Shown piece by piece: positions 62,867-64,000 of a DNA stretch of 64,000 nucleotides. The stretch spans positions 37,572,001-37,636,000 of the forward strand of contig CM114271.1 of the NCBI GenBank assembly GCA_050084515.1, in the 5' to 3' direction. Position 1 is the first letter of the stretch; every line of letters starts with the position of its first letter. Under the pieces are notes generated by a model. It was not told the DNA's origin. It did no database searches and worked only from the letters and a program-made list of their open reading frames with translations. The DNA is from Blasia pusilla. Taxonomy: Eukaryota. The position numbers and the translations under genes are program-made.

Positions 62867-64000
62867 TTTCTACATATTATAAGAGCTTTGAAGAGTATAA
62901 AGAATCCTTTGGTAAGAGGCAGATCTCTAAATAGAGCAAGGAAAGATTTGTAGATAGGAGAATTTGATCCCTTGAGAAAAATTTTCTTGGAGAGATCAAA
63001 AAATTAATTTAAAGGCCAAGACAATCTTGTTAGAAAATTATAAATTGTATGTCTTCATGGAAAATCTTGGTTTTGAAAAAAAAAAAAAAAAAAATCTATG
63101 ATATTTCAGTCTCACAACAATGAAATCGAATACCTTGAATAATGGGTCAAATTAAGTGTTTATACTAAGAAATTAGACTAGACTTCCAATTTAAGTTTTT
63201 TAATCTATAAATATTGAACTTTTCTACTTTTTTGATATCTAAATTAATGCTGGTTATAACTGGAGATAAATTAGATCCAATCCATTGATCATATTCAAAC
63301 TCCTGTATTTTATCTATTGTTATAATTTCATGGGTTTCTAGTTTTGAACCTTAAAGTACACAACATCAAGAAATTGTATAATTTTTTCTTTAAAGAAACG
63401 CTCAATTTCAAATTTGGCAAAGTTGTAGTAAGTTGGGCCTCAAAGAAATAGCCAACTTTTGCCTTATCGGAAAAAAAAATTGAATACCAAGAAACACCGG
63501 TAAAAACATGTATGTTAATTTGGCTAAATAATTTTCTTGTAAATTCTCGAATGGAATCCTCCTGATCATTGTCTTCATACAATAAAGAAAAGGATAATCT
63601 CTAATTATATGTATACCTACTTTTCATCTTTTTATTTATACAAACTAGTTCCCTTCATTGTATTTGTGTATGTATATATGAGTGTTGGTCTTATAGGATT
63701 AGCAATTTCTACACCAATAAATTTTGAACTTCTTCCATTATATGGCATGCGATATCCATCATGTTCACAAATTTTGGGATAAAAATTTATAAGTCATGCC
63801 TTTGTTTTTATAAACCAAATATATTTCCAACTCCAATTGAATTAATCAAGACAACTTCATAATGTTTTTCTTGAAGGAGGTCATTATATTGACGAAATCT
63901 TTGTTTCTAGGATGGATTTGCCTAAATGGCAAATCCATCCTAGAAACAAAGATTTTTACGTTATATGGTAGAGATTCAAATACATTATCTTTGCAAGAGA

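Overview
Eukaryotic land-plant nuclear DNA. A bryophyte/liverwort origin is my guess from composition only. Three spliced protein-coding genes can be reconstructed with GT-AG introns in consistent frame: (1) a bacterial-type ribosomal protein uL22 with a long N-terminal extension, probably mitochondrial (minus, 2 coding exons, 283 aa); (2) a PCF11/PCFS4-like cleavage-polyadenylation factor (plus, 8 exons, 1405 aa; CID, Q/P-rich region, two zinc fingers); (3) a Bet v 1/PR-10-like protein (plus, 2 exons, 152 aa). The genes lie in non-repetitive sequence with CpG-rich promoters or islands, separated by AT-rich decayed-repeat DNA. That repeat DNA contains a family of ~175-210 bp complete non-autonomous Helitrons, hAT-like MITEs, a 366-bp fold-back element, tandem duplications and an internally deleted Ty1/copia relic. 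Best leads: a candidate alternative last exon with its own poly(A) signals inside the final PCF11 intron (would remove the C-terminal basic NLS-like tail), and a 15-kb CpG-rich, nearly gene-empty island with a TATA-headed minus-strand candidate non-coding transcript carrying a centrally bulged miR156-like site. No rRNA, tRNA or CRISPR features were found. All calls were made by eye, without database searches.
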